A DNA stretch of 54,258 bases, filler included, from Actinomycetota bacterium (lineage in GTDB: Bacteria; Actinomycetota; Acidimicrobiia; IMCC26256; VFJJ01), in the NCBI GenBank assembly GCA_009886115.1. It is 5 parts of 5 records of this genome, joined end to end, with 100 filler letters (N's around TTAATTAATTAA, not from the genome) between each part and the next. Parts side by side here need not be neighbours in the genome. Positions count along the whole stretch, not along the records: positions 15,243 to 41,152 come from VFJJ01000083.1; 4 more parts are not named here. The stretch is one strand, 5' to 3'. Positions 30,701 to 39,721 of the stretch are shown piece by piece. Below the pieces are notes generated by a model, which saw nothing but the letters and a program-made list of their open reading frames with translations, was not told the origin of the DNA and searched no databases. How positions within the stretch are numbered: the first letter of the stretch is position 1; each line of letters starts with the position of its first letter. The translations under genes and the position numbers were made by a program.

Positions 30701-31561
30701 ATGCCAATGACCGGGTCAGACCACGACGACTGGACCGAGCATCGGCTCACCGACGACGAGAGCCACCGCTTCGAGGTCGAGGGCTACCTCACGGTCCCCG
30801 GTGCGCTCACCGAGGCCACGGTCGCCGAACTCTCGGCGATCGCCGATCGCGAGCTCGATGCCTTCCGCAGCTCCGACGGTGTCGGGCCGCATCACGTGCT
30901 CAACCTGCACGACTGCGTCGGACGCGACCCGGTGTACCTCGACCTGATCGATTGGCCGGTCACGTTCCCGAAGGTGTTCGGCATCCTCGGCTGGCACATC
31001 CAGCTGTATCACACCCAGTTCATCGTCAGCCCGCCGACGCACCCCGCAGCCCGGGCCGGCGCCTACGGCTGGCATCAGGACAACAACCGCATGAACCGCG
31101 ATTTCGAGACCGTTGGTCCCCACCCGCGCGTCTCGCTGAAGGTGGCGTACTTCCTCAGCGACCTCCCCGACGACGGGATGGGCAACTTCTGCATCGTGCC
31201 GGGCAGCCACCTCAACCTTGCGGCACAACGAATCGGGGCCGACGGACGACCCGACGGAGCGATCGAGGTGAAGGCCGGCGCCGGCGACGCTCTGGTGTTC
31301 GACCGTCGCCTCTGGCATTCGGGGAGCACCAACCTCTCGCAGGTCACCCGCAAGGCGCTCTTCTACGGCTACAGCTACCGGTGGCTGCGGCCCAAGTCCT
31401 GTATGGATCACAGCGAGTTGTGGCCCAGCGTCGATCCGATCAGGCGGCAGCTCCTCGGCTGGTCGTCGAGCCAGAACGGATTCTTCGACCCGACCGACGA
31501 CGACGTGCCGCTCCGGACGTGGATTCGCGAGCACCTCGGCGCCGAAGCCGTCGCTCCCTGA
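30701..31561 (+). CDS. Phytanoyl-CoA dioxygenase (PhyH) family Fe(II)/2OG oxygenase
   Basis: FEVEGYLTVPGAL, WHQD, IVPGSH, AGDALVFDRRLWHSG. Confidence 0.9.
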   Translation: MPMTGSDHDDWTEHRLTDDESHRFEVEGYLTVPGALTEATVAELSAIADRELDAFRSSDGVGPHHVLNLHDCVGRDPVYLDLIDWPVTFPKVFGILGWHIQLYHTQFIVSPPTHPAARAGAYGWHQDNNRMNRDFETVGPHPRVSLKVAYFLSDLPDDGMGNFCIVPGSHLNLAAQRIGADGRPDGAIEVKAGAGDALVFDRRLWHSGSTNLSQVTRKALFYGYSYRWLRPKSCMDHSELWPSVDPIRRQLLGWSSSQNGFFDPTDDDVPLRTWIREHLGAEAVAP

Positions 31562-31574
31562 CGACCGATCCCTG

Positions 31575-31730
31575 AGTACGAGCGGCTGGCACCGACACCA
31601 GCTACCACATCGAGTGGGTCATGCAGCCGATGGGCGTGCGGGGCGTCTCGGTCGGCTCGTTGCGCGATGGCCGCATCACCGAGAACCGCGACTACTGGAA
31701 CGGGGCGCTGTTCACCGTCCCCGAATGGCC
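31575..31730 (+). pseudogene. SnoaL/NTF2-family C-terminal fragment
   Basis: SYHIEWVMQPMGVRGVSVGSLRDGRITENRDYWNG; in-frame stop just upstream. Confidence 0.55.
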
Positions 31731-31787
31731 CTCAGGCGCCCGGGCCCTCAGGCGCCCGGGCACCGGGCACCGGGCACCGGGCGCGCT

Positions 31788-31877
31788 GCAGGGGCACTCG
31801 AAAGTGCCCCTGCGCTGGGTGTTTCTCGGTGGGCGGTACAAGGATCGAACTTGTGGCCCCTTCCGTGTCGAGGAAGT
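31788..31877 (-). repeat. att-like 90-bp duplication of the tRNA-Val(GAC) 3' part plus downstream hairpin
   Basis: Matches 33527-33616 at 89 of 90 positions. Confidence 0.92.
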
Positions 31878-31889
31878 TTTCGCAGCTCC

Positions 31890-32357
31890 TCAGCCAGCGG
31901 CTACGACGCGCACCTGGAAGGTCGCGGCGTTCATCTTGAAGGTGCCACCAGCGGTGGTCGCGGCGGCGATGCTGAACGCCACGGTCCCGGTGCCGAGGCC
32001 CATACCTTTTACCCCGACCGATACCGGGGTTGTGCAGTTGCTGAACGTCACGGTGGTTGTGGTGGAGAACGCGATCCCGTCGTTCGACACCAGGGCCACG
32101 TTGGGCTTCTGCGACGTGGCGTTCACCACCAGGACCTCGCCGGAATCGATGTTGCAGCCCTTCTTCGAGTCGGCGGTCGCCTCGACAGAGAGGCTGACGG
32201 AGTCGTCAGCGCCGAGGTTCATGGTGACGACCTCGGCGATGGCGTCGACGGTGTCGTCTTCGTAATTGCGGACGGTGTCACCCCAGACGGCACTAGCGGT
32301 CGCGACCATCAGTGCGGCACTGCCGAGGGCGATGGAGCAACGGGTCGCGAGCCTCAT
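31890..32357 (-). CDS. Secreted beta-rich protein, possibly a truncated N-terminus of a larger surface protein
   Basis: AGGAGA RBS and signal peptide MRLATRCSIALGSAALMVATASAVWG; stops 12 bp before the att repeat. Confidence 0.65.
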   Translation of the reverse strand: MRLATRCSIALGSAALMVATASAVWGDTVRNYEDDTVDAIAEVVTMNLGADDSVSLSVEATADSKKGCNIDSGEVLVVNATSQKPNVALVSNDGIAFSTTTTVTFSNCTTPVSVGVKGMGLGTGTVAFSIAAATTAGGTFKMNAATFQVRVVAAG

Positions 32358-32366
32358 GGGTCTCCT

Positions 32367-32477
32367 CGTGCACTCGTGGTTGGACGAGCGTAACCGTGTT
32401 GCGCTGAGCGGAGGGTAGCACGTCCACGGTGGGACCTGAGCGTGCACTCGTGGTTGGTCGAGCGTAACCGTGTTGCG
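32367..32477. repeat. 37-bp direct repeat pair separated by a 37-bp spacer
   Basis: cgtgcactcgtggttgg(a/t)cgagcgtaaccgtgttgcg at 32367-32403 and 32441-32477. Confidence 0.9.
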
Positions 32478-32529
32478 TCTACCGGGGAGGCGAGCCCGTG
32501 GCCCCTGGGCCGGTCCCCTCACCGGAGCC

Positions 32530-32972
32530 TCAGCCGGTCATGGCGCCGCCGGGGAGGGCCGACGGGTCGCCGCCGAGGAAACCTTCCAGCGTGTGGTGCA
32601 TGTTGATGATGCGGATCTCCTCGCTCGGCACGACGAAGTGGGTGAGGCCGGGCTGGCGCACGCCGACCTGGGCGTGCTTCAACAACGCCAGATCCTGGTT
32701 GAGCACGGCGCCGAGGTCGGCCTGCTCGTACGGCACGGTCGCGTCGAAGGGGCGCGATCGGGTCTCGGGCTGCGCTCGAAATGCATGGCAACCAGCTCCG
32801 CCCGATCAGGGGCAGAGCCGGGCACGGCAACGAGCACCGAGACGAGGTCGGCCGAGACGAGCACGGTGGCGTTGGGGAACAGGCTGTACTGCTGCAGCGA
32901 CGTCACCTCCTCGGTCGAGAACCGTGAGAGATCGACGCTCCGGGTGGAGCGGTGGTGCTCGCGGATCTGCTC
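32530..32972 (-). pseudogene. Rieske ring-hydroxylating oxygenase alpha-subunit C-terminal fragment (frameshifted)
   Basis: QQYSLFPNATVL...PGSAPDRAEL, then in another frame LGAVLNQD...QVGVRQPG...EEIRIINMHHTLEGFL. Confidence 0.6.
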
Positions 32973-33243
32973 GGCGATCACGTACGCGCCGCTCGATTCG
33001 GCCGTCTGCACAACCTGTCCATCGGAGGTGATCGTGCACGTGATCGTGCCGTGGTCGCCCTCGTTCTGCGCCGAGAGGTAGACGAACTGGCCGGGCGCTA
33101 CGGTGAACGTATCGTCCCATGGGACGAGGTGCGTGCCCTGCTCGGTGCCGCCGGTCTCGTTCCTCATCGTGAGCGATGCCCGTGACGCCGTACCGTCGAT
33201 CCTGTAGACGACCGTCCTCGTGTCGTCGACGGGCACGACGTTC
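32973..33243 (-). pseudogene. MmpS-like domain fragment
   Basis: VVYRIDGTASRASLTM...LVPW...YLSAQNEGDHGTITCTITSDGQVV...SSGAYVIA; lacks the final Cys and a TM anchor. Confidence 0.55.
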
Positions 33244-33334
33244 TGCCGCCGCCGGCAGCGTCGCGCTTCCTGGGGTTGAGCCCCCAGCCAGCGCGCTGGC
33301 GGGCCCGCCGGGGCGGCGGCGCGACCCGGCGGGC

Positions 33335-33520
33335 TCATGACCCGGGCCGAGCGGTTTCCGCCTGAGTGTCGAGCCATGCTTCGACGTCGGACGCCCGGTA
33401 CCGGAGGTGCCGGCCGATCTTGAGCGGGGTCGGCCCGGTCCCCTGGTGCGACCAGGCGTAGATCGTCGCGATCGGGATCTTGAGCCACTGTTCGAGCTCG
33501 ACTGGCGTGAGGAGGTCGGG
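33335..33520 (-). pseudogene. Excisionase/AlpA-type HTH (start missing)
   Basis: LLTPVELEQWLKIPIATIYAWSHQGTGPTPLKIGRHLRYRASDVEAWL. Confidence 0.82.
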
Positions 33521-33526
33521 CGCGCG

Positions 33527-33552
33527 GCAGGGGCACTCGAAAGTGCCCCTGC
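33527..33552 (-). terminator. Hairpin downstream of tRNA-Val(GAC)
   Basis: gcaggggcac-tcgaaa-gtgcccctgc. Confidence 0.7.
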
Positions 33553-33568
33553 CCTGGGTGTTTCTCGG

Positions 33569-33640
33569 TGGGCGGTACAAGGATCGAACTTGTGGCCCCT
33601 TCCGTGTCGAGGAAGTGCTCTCCCGCTGAGCTAACCGCCC
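33569..33640 (-). tRNA. tRNA-Val(GAC)
   Basis: GGGCGGTTAGCTCAGCGGGAGAGCACTTCCTC-GAC-ACGGAAGGGGCCACAAGTTCGATCCTTGTACCGCCCA. Confidence 0.96.
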
Positions 33641-33707
33641 GAGTCGGGGTGGACTCTAGCAGCGGCCCCCGGGGCGTTCCGAGCCGGTCTTCCGTCTCGT
33701 ACGGGGC

Positions 33708-34316
33708 TCACTCCAGCTCGACGTCGACTCCGAAGAGCTCGAGGAGCTTGGCGGCGAGCTTGGCCTCATCGAGCTCACCGAAGTCGACCTCGGCGATGGT
33801 GCCGTCGGCGTTGTAGAACGCCGTGACCGGCAGGCCCCGGGCGCCGTACGAGCGGGCGAGGCCGTCCTCGTCGCGGCCGCCGGTGTCTCGGGCGAGCGGC
33901 CAGTCGGTGACACCCGACTCGGCGGCCAGCGGGTAGCCGTCGCCGGCGTCCTTCGAGTTGACCCCGATGAACACCACACGGCCCTTGGCGGCTTCGGAGA
34001 CCCGGTGGAAAGCCGGGAGCTCCTTCTTGCACGGCCCACACCACGAGGCGAAGAGGTTCACAACCAGCGGTGTGCCCCGGAAGTCGGCCAGACGCACCTG
34101 GGCATCGCCGCACAGGGCGGGCAGCACGAAGTCGTCCTTGTCGGTCGACAACACCCCCGTGGGTTCGGGCTGCGGGCAGTCGTCGTCGCTCACGATCACC
34201 GGACCAGATGAAGCCGCGTCATCGCCGCAGCCGGCGAGGCCGCCCACGAGACACGACACGACCACCAACGACCAGCAGAGCAACCTCGTGTGGGACCGCT
34301 CGCGGGTGTCAGCCAT
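33708..34316 (-). CDS. TlpA/ResA-like thiol-disulfide oxidoreductase lipoprotein
   Basis: Lipobox LAGC; VVNLFASWCGPCKKELP; GLPVT. Confidence 0.9.
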   Translation of the reverse strand: MADTRERSHTRLLCWSLVVVSCLVGGLAGCGDDAASSGPVIVSDDDCPQPEPTGVLSTDKDDFVLPALCGDAQVRLADFRGTPLVVNLFASWCGPCKKELPAFHRVSEAAKGRVVFIGVNSKDAGDGYPLAAESGVTDWPLARDTGGRDEDGLARSYGARGLPVTAFYNADGTIAEVDFGELDEAKLAAKLLELFGVDVELE

Positions 34317-34319
34317 GCT

Positions 34320-35237
34320 TCAGTCTCGCGAATCGCGACGCACCATGTGGTCCAACGCACCGTCGAGCTCGGGATGGGTGAAGGTCAAGCCGGAGTCGAC
34401 GAGCCGACGCCCATCGACCCGCTGGCTGGCGAGCAGCAACTCGTCGACGAGCTCGCGACCGAGTGCAGCCTTCACCAGGAACACCGGTGTGGGCAGGATC
34501 GTCGGTCGGTGCAGTGCCCGTCCGAGGCTGTCGGCGAAGTCCGCCTGGGTGACGGGGCCCGGCGCGGCGAGGTTCACCGGTCCCGAGACGTCACTGGCCG
34601 TGAGGAGGTGGATGATGGCCGCGACCTCGTCGTGGAGGGTGATCCAGCTCATCCACTGACGCCCGGTGCCGACCTTGCCGCCCAACCCCAGCTTGAACGG
34701 AAGGAGTTGCTTCTTGAGCGCACCACCGTTGATGCTCAGGACGATCCCGGTGCGCAACGCGACGGTGCGGATCCCGGCATCGACCGCGGGTCGGCTGGCC
34801 ACTTCCCACTTCCCGACCACTTCGGCAAGGAAGCCGGTGCCGATCGCCGAGCTCTCGGTGAGCAGCTCATCGCCCCGATCGCCGTAGAACCCGATGGCCG
34901 ATCCCGACAAGAGCACCGATGGCGGCGAAGCCAAGCCGGCGAGGGTGCGGGCCAAGAGATTGGTACCAGCGACGCGGCTGTCGAGGATGGATGCCTTGTG
35001 GGCGGGGGTCCAGCGCCGCTCGGCGATCCCGGCCCCCGCGAGGTGCACCACGCCGTCGAGCCCTTCGAGGCCGGCGGCGTCGATGACCCCGGTCGACGGG
35101 TCCCACGCCACGGTGCCGGTCTCGCTGGGCGGCACCACCCGACGCACCACTTTCACGACCTCGTGCCCCTGCGATACCAGGGTCTCGCAGAGTGCCCGTC
35201 CGATCAGCCCACTCGCTCCGGTGACCGCGATCTTCAT
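34320..35237 (-). CDS. TIGR01777-family (YfcH-like) NAD-dependent epimerase
   Basis: MKIAVTGASGLIG, VVHLAGAGIAERRWT, SGSAIGFYG, LRTGIVL, GRQWMSWI. Confidence 0.9.
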   Translation of the reverse strand: MKIAVTGASGLIGRALCETLVSQGHEVVKVVRRVVPPSETGTVAWDPSTGVIDAAGLEGLDGVVHLAGAGIAERRWTPAHKASILDSRVAGTNLLARTLAGLASPPSVLLSGSAIGFYGDRGDELLTESSAIGTGFLAEVVGKWEVASRPAVDAGIRTVALRTGIVLSINGGALKKQLLPFKLGLGGKVGTGRQWMSWITLHDEVAAIIHLLTASDVSGPVNLAAPGPVTQADFADSLGRALHRPTILPTPVFLVKAALGRELVDELLLASQRVDGRRLVDSGLTFTHPELDGALDHMVRRDSRD

Positions 35238-35379
35238 GCCGGCAACGTTACCGACCTCTCGGGACGATCCCCCAGCAGCCCGGAGGGCCCGCCGGGTGGA
35301 ACGGCCCAACCCCGTCCAGCCCCTGTCGCTCAGGTGGACCTGTTCCCCTTCAGCGACAGGTGCTCGCAGGGGTCGACCG

Positions 35380-37065
35380 TCAATCGGAGATCGCGTGGAA
35401 GCTGCCGCCCCGGGTGCCGAGGTAGATGCGGCCCTTCCACACGGCTGGGGTCGACTCGATGCAGCCGCCCAGGTTGATCCGCCACAGCTCGGGTGGGTCG
35501 ACGGTCGTGTCGGAGACGTCGTAGGCGTGCAGCACGCCGCTGCAGTCGCCCTGGATCAGCACGTCGTCGACGACCACCGGCGACTGCCATGTGGGGCCGG
35601 GGAGACGCTTTTCCCAGCGCACCTCGCCCGTGGCCCGGTCGATCCCGTACACGAGCCCGCTGTTGGTGGGCACGTACACCATGTCGCGATGCAGTGCCGG
35701 CGTGCCCCAGACCCCGTCCTTTTCGGTGTCCTGGTCGGCGAGCGACCACACGAGCGGATCGTCGGGTCGGCTGGGGTCGAGCTTCATGATCTGGCCGACC
35801 TCACGCCCTTGTGCGGTATGGCGTTCCCACTCCGAGCCCACGTAGAGGAAGCCGTCCTCGTCGACGACGACCGTGGCGTCGGTGTCTTCGCCCGTCCAGA
35901 AGCGAAAGACCCGGGTCGGAACCTGCCCGAACGTCGGCGATCCCTCGCGCAGCCCGCTCAGGTCCCAACCCTGCACCAGCCCGCCCGAGTTGGCGAAGTA
36001 CACGATGTCGTTCCACATGGCGACGGAGTTCTCGATCGACACTTCGCGATCGCCGATCGCCCGGAGCAGCTCCTCGTCCCAGCCCGGCGTGTTGAACACC
36101 AGCTCGGGGGCCACGGTGACCAGCCCGTCGATGCCGTAGCCCCGATTGAGCTTGACCACGTGGAATTGGCTGTTCTCGCCGCCAACGAAGAGATGGTCGC
36201 CGATGACCAGCCCCGATCCGTCCCAGTCGTTGTTCCACATGGTGGGCGAGACGTCGGTGGCCGAGAGCCGCCACAGCTCGGTGGGCTCGGGCCGGTCGAT
36301 CGCGATGACCCGGTAGTGGTTATCGCGCGAACCCGCGTACACCAAGGGGTAGCTGTCGGGATCGACGGTGACCGAGCCCTTGATGATGTCGCCCGTCGGG
36401 AAGTCGGGGATGATCCGCTCGCCCGTGGCCGCGTCGAGGAAGTGGACCGTGCGGTCGTAGGCGCCGAACACCACCCAGGTTCGGCCGTCGCGCTCGAACA
36501 CCGCGGGCTGGCCCGTCCAGCCGCTGCCGCACCAGGTGCGGGTCGTGCCGAACTCCGACGACTCGGAGCAGCCGATGGCGAACTTCCAGTCGACGACGGG
36601 ATCGCTGGGGACGGGGCCGGAGCCGTAGTAGGTGCGGGTGGGGTTCCCACGGAATGTCAACACGCCGGGAACCGTTGCGCTGTATGGCTCTCCAACCTGG
36701 GCCGGGTCGGACCACCCGTCGAAGGGCTCGGGAGCGAGCGTCGTGGTGGTCGCCTCCACGAGCGGGGCGACGGTCGCCGGAGCCGTCGAGACCGTGGTGG
36801 ACGGCGCCGAGAACGGCGTGGCCCCGGTGACCGTGCTGATCGACGGGTCGAGCGTGACCGCCGTGTCGAGCGCCGAGAGGCCGTTGTCATCGTCGCCGAT
36901 GGAGTGCCAGACCAGTCCCAGCACGAAGCCGGTCACCACCGCCAGCGCCATGGCGGCCCCGAACTGCCGCCGCCGGCGGCGCAGCCGAGCCCGGGCCTCG
37001 CTCCGGGCACCGGAACGGGTACGGGCTCGAGGCTCAGGTGGACGGTCGGAGGACGGAGGACCCAT
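35380..37065 (-). CDS. Membrane-anchored PQQ-like beta-propeller repeat protein
   Basis: TM helix, Thr-rich linker, TFRGNPTR, repeated W...S/TP..V motifs (GCIESTPAVW); start uncertain. Confidence 0.82.
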   Translation of the reverse strand: MGPPSSDRPPEPRARTRSGARSEARARLRRRRRQFGAAMALAVVTGFVLGLVWHSIGDDDNGLSALDTAVTLDPSISTVTGATPFSAPSTTVSTAPATVAPLVEATTTTLAPEPFDGWSDPAQVGEPYSATVPGVLTFRGNPTRTYYGSGPVPSDPVVDWKFAIGCSESSEFGTTRTWCGSGWTGQPAVFERDGRTWVVFGAYDRTVHFLDAATGERIIPDFPTGDIIKGSVTVDPDSYPLVYAGSRDNHYRVIAIDRPEPTELWRLSATDVSPTMWNNDWDGSGLVIGDHLFVGGENSQFHVVKLNRGYGIDGLVTVAPELVFNTPGWDEELLRAIGDREVSIENSVAMWNDIVYFANSGGLVQGWDLSGLREGSPTFGQVPTRVFRFWTGEDTDATVVVDEDGFLYVGSEWERHTAQGREVGQIMKLDPSRPDDPLVWSLADQDTEKDGVWGTPALHRDMVYVPTNSGLVYGIDRATGEVRWEKRLPGPTWQSPVVVDDVLIQGDCSGVLHAYDVSDTTVDPPELWRINLGGCIESTPAVWKGRIYLGTRGGSFHAISD

Positions 37066-37164
37066 GGGCGTTCCGACGGTACTCGCGGCCACCCCGCGAC
37101 CATGGGACGGCCACCGGGCCACCGGGCCACCGGAGGGTGGCCCTCCGGCGGGTGGCCCGCAGCG

Positions 37165-38868
37165 TCACGCCGGGGCGGGGAGGCCGGGCAGCCGGGCGAG
37201 CCAGGTGAGGACGTCTCGGCGCGTGACCGGGCCCCGCGGGAGCCAGGAATCGCGGATCGGTCCCATCGTCAGGAGTCCGGCGTGCTCGTCGCGGGCCCGC
37301 TGGAGCGCGTCGCCCGGCAGCACACAGCGCAGGGCGCCCGAGTCGAGCCCATAGAGGCGGGCTGCGTTGTCCCCCAGGATCTTGCGCTTGCGCCCCTCGG
37401 TCAGCTCGGGGTAGTCGAAGCGGTCCTGGAACTCGGGCGTGATCTGGAACGCCTTGAACGCCATGATCTGGGGCTGCGGCGATCCGAGCCAGATGGCGTC
37501 GGTACCCCACAGCACGTTGTCCTCGCCCACGTGGGCCATGAGCTTGCCGATGACGTGGGCCGCCTCGGTGGGCCGGCGGACCAGCTCCCGCCAGGTGGTT
37601 CCCAGCTCGGCGTACACGTTGGTGTTGGGCGCGATCGCATGATCCTGCAAGGCCTTCACGAGCGAGCTCACCCCGACCGCCGCCCGTCCGGCGTCGTAGG
37701 GGCCCTCGCTCACGTCGCGCTGCCACGCCGAGTGGTACACGACGAAGCTCAGGTCGGGATAGAGGCCGGCCACCGCAGCCAGGTCTCGGGGCCCGTTGTT
37801 GGCCAGGTCGAAGTTGAACAGGGGCAAGCCCTTGTGCACGCTGATCACCTTGACGCCGAGGCTCCGGGCGTGCTCGAGGAACGGCAACCCCACGTCGGGG
37901 CCGTCGAGGGCATACCCGCGACCGCCGGGGCCGTAGCCGGTGTAGGTCTTGAACCCCACGACCCGCCCCGTCTCGACGTTGGCGGTCATGGCGTCGAGGT
38001 GAACGCCGAGCAGCCCGAAATTCGGGGCCACGATGTGCTGCACCAGCACCCGGGGCTCGCCGCCGGCGCTCAGCGCGTCGACCAGCTCCCGTGTCCGCAG
38101 AGCTTCGGCGAAGGTGAGGGGGTCGATCTCAGGGGAGGCCGCGGGCACGTTCGAGAGGATGGCGACGGTCGTCTCGCTGCTCAGGAACATGTCTTCCAGG
38201 TACGCCAGCCGATCGAGGCATTCGAGCGGCTCGCCTTCGCCGCACCCGTTGGGAGCCAAGCGCCGCAAGGAGTTGGCGTGTCGGCTGTCGTTGCGCACCC
38301 ACGGCCCGTCGGGGATGACGTGGTGGGTGTGCACGTCGAGGATGAACGCCCCACCGAACGTGAGCGCCGCCGCGCAGGCCTCGACGTCCTCGGGCTCGGG
38401 CACCTCGAACACCCCACCGGGACCGGTGGTCGTGACCTGCGAGCTCGGTGTGCTCGGTGTGCTCGAAGCGGTCGGGGCCTCCGTGGTCGACGTCGACGTC
38501 GAGTTCCTGTTTCCGGGGTCGCCCGTCGAGGTGGATGTGGAGCGGGACGTGGTCGACGGACGGCCTGCGGTCGACGGGCTCGTCGGGCGCTGTGGTCCGG
38601 GAGCGGCGCGTCCACCGTCGCCATCGGTCGAACACGCGGCCAGGTTGATCGTGGCGAGGAGCCCGGCAACCCCGCTGGCGGTGTGCAGGAACCGCCGACG
38701 GTCGACACCGACCCGGTCGGCGGCCTCCGCGATGCGGGCGAGCGCGGCGTCGCGAATGGCCCGATCGCGTGCCGTCGCCGGCGGCGGCACGTCCTCACCG
38801 GCCGAGAGCGGCTGCGGCGGGATCGCCAGCACCGGTCGCCGATCGGGATCATGCCCGTGCCTGCTCAT
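37165..38868 (-). CDS. Amidohydrolase-family metallohydrolase with Tat/lipoprotein signal
   Basis: DRRRFL...LAAC, DVHTHH, VHKG, YHS, VLWGTDAIW, KILGDNAARLY. Confidence 0.85.
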   Translation of the reverse strand: MSRHGHDPDRRPVLAIPPQPLSAGEDVPPPATARDRAIRDAALARIAEAADRVGVDRRRFLHTASGVAGLLATINLAACSTDGDGGRAAPGPQRPTSPSTAGRPSTTSRSTSTSTGDPGNRNSTSTSTTEAPTASSTPSTPSSQVTTTGPGGVFEVPEPEDVEACAAALTFGGAFILDVHTHHVIPDGPWVRNDSRHANSLRRLAPNGCGEGEPLECLDRLAYLEDMFLSSETTVAILSNVPAASPEIDPLTFAEALRTRELVDALSAGGEPRVLVQHIVAPNFGLLGVHLDAMTANVETGRVVGFKTYTGYGPGGRGYALDGPDVGLPFLEHARSLGVKVISVHKGLPLFNFDLANNGPRDLAAVAGLYPDLSFVVYHSAWQRDVSEGPYDAGRAAVGVSSLVKALQDHAIAPNTNVYAELGTTWRELVRRPTEAAHVIGKLMAHVGEDNVLWGTDAIWLGSPQPQIMAFKAFQITPEFQDRFDYPELTEGRKRKILGDNAARLYGLDSGALRCVLPGDALQRARDEHAGLLTMGPIRDSWLPRGPVTRRDVLTWLARLPGLPAPA

Positions 38869-39012
38869 CCCTCGACCACCTCGCCCTTCACCTTCACCAC
38901 CTGATCGCGCACCGTACCGGATAGGTTCGTCACCATGATCGGCATAGACGATCGTCGACCCCGATCGGTTCGCACGCCGAGATTTCCAGCGGGAGACGAT
39001 GGAGCGGAGCTC

Positions 39013-39675
39013 ATGGCGCGATCGATCGAGGGTGCACTGGTCTCGGTGAACGTCGGCGAACCCCGCGACGTCGAGTGGTTCGGACGGACGGTCACCACGG
39101 CCATCTGGAAGCTGCCGGTCGGCGGACGGGTCGCCGTGCGGGGCGTCAACCTCGCTGGCGACGGCCAGGCCGACCTGCGGGTGCACGGCGGCCCCGACAA
39201 GGCCGTCTACGCCTATTCGATCGACGACTACCGGTGGTGGTCGGCCGAATTGGGACGGACGGTCGAGCCCGGCACGTTCGGCGAGAACCTCACCGTGGCC
39301 GGGATCGACCTCATGGCCTGTGTGATCGGCGAGCGCTGGACCGTCGGGACCACCGTGCTCGAAGTCGCCCAGCCGCGCCAGCCCTGCTTCAAGCTCGGGA
39401 TCAGGATGGGCGACGCTGGTTTCGTCGACCGGTTCGACGTCGCCGATCGCCTCGGTGCCTACCTCCGCATCGTCGCCGACGGTGACGTGGGCGCCGGCGA
39501 TTCGATCGCGATCGCCGGGCCGCCGGCGCACGGCCTGCGGATCGCCGACATCTCCGAAGCCCACCGCAGCGGCGATCCCGACCTTCTCGTGCGACTGCGC
39601 GACACCCCGGACGTCCCGCACGGTTGGCGAGATTGGGCCACGCGAGCCATCAACCGAACCGCCGCCCCCGGCTGA
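39013..39675 (+). CDS. MOSC-domain protein (YiiM-like)
   Basis: GDGQADLRVHGGPDKAVY, FGENLT, QPRQPCFKL. Confidence 0.92.
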   Translation: MARSIEGALVSVNVGEPRDVEWFGRTVTTAIWKLPVGGRVAVRGVNLAGDGQADLRVHGGPDKAVYAYSIDDYRWWSAELGRTVEPGTFGENLTVAGIDLMACVIGERWTVGTTVLEVAQPRQPCFKLGIRMGDAGFVDRFDVADRLGAYLRIVADGDVGAGDSIAIAGPPAHGLRIADISEAHRSGDPDLLVRLRDTPDVPHGWRDWATRAINRTAAPG

Positions 39676-39721
39676 CGCCGCCTGACCTCCCCTGGGTCCT
39701 GGCGTCACGGCGGGCAGGCTC

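Larger units (their letters stand above)
31788..33616 (-). mobile_element. Decayed integrative element (about 1.74 kb) in tRNA-Val(GAC)
   Basis: Flanked by 90-bp direct repeats; contains an excisionase-like HTH remnant; no integrase. Confidence 0.8.

Noticed and set aside
31830..31877. Apparent third tRNA-Val
   Set aside because: Lacks the 5' acceptor strand and D-arm; it is the att duplication.
34894..38904. 1336-aa + strand ORF
   Set aside because: Antisense shadow of three real minus-strand genes, as is common in high-GC DNA.
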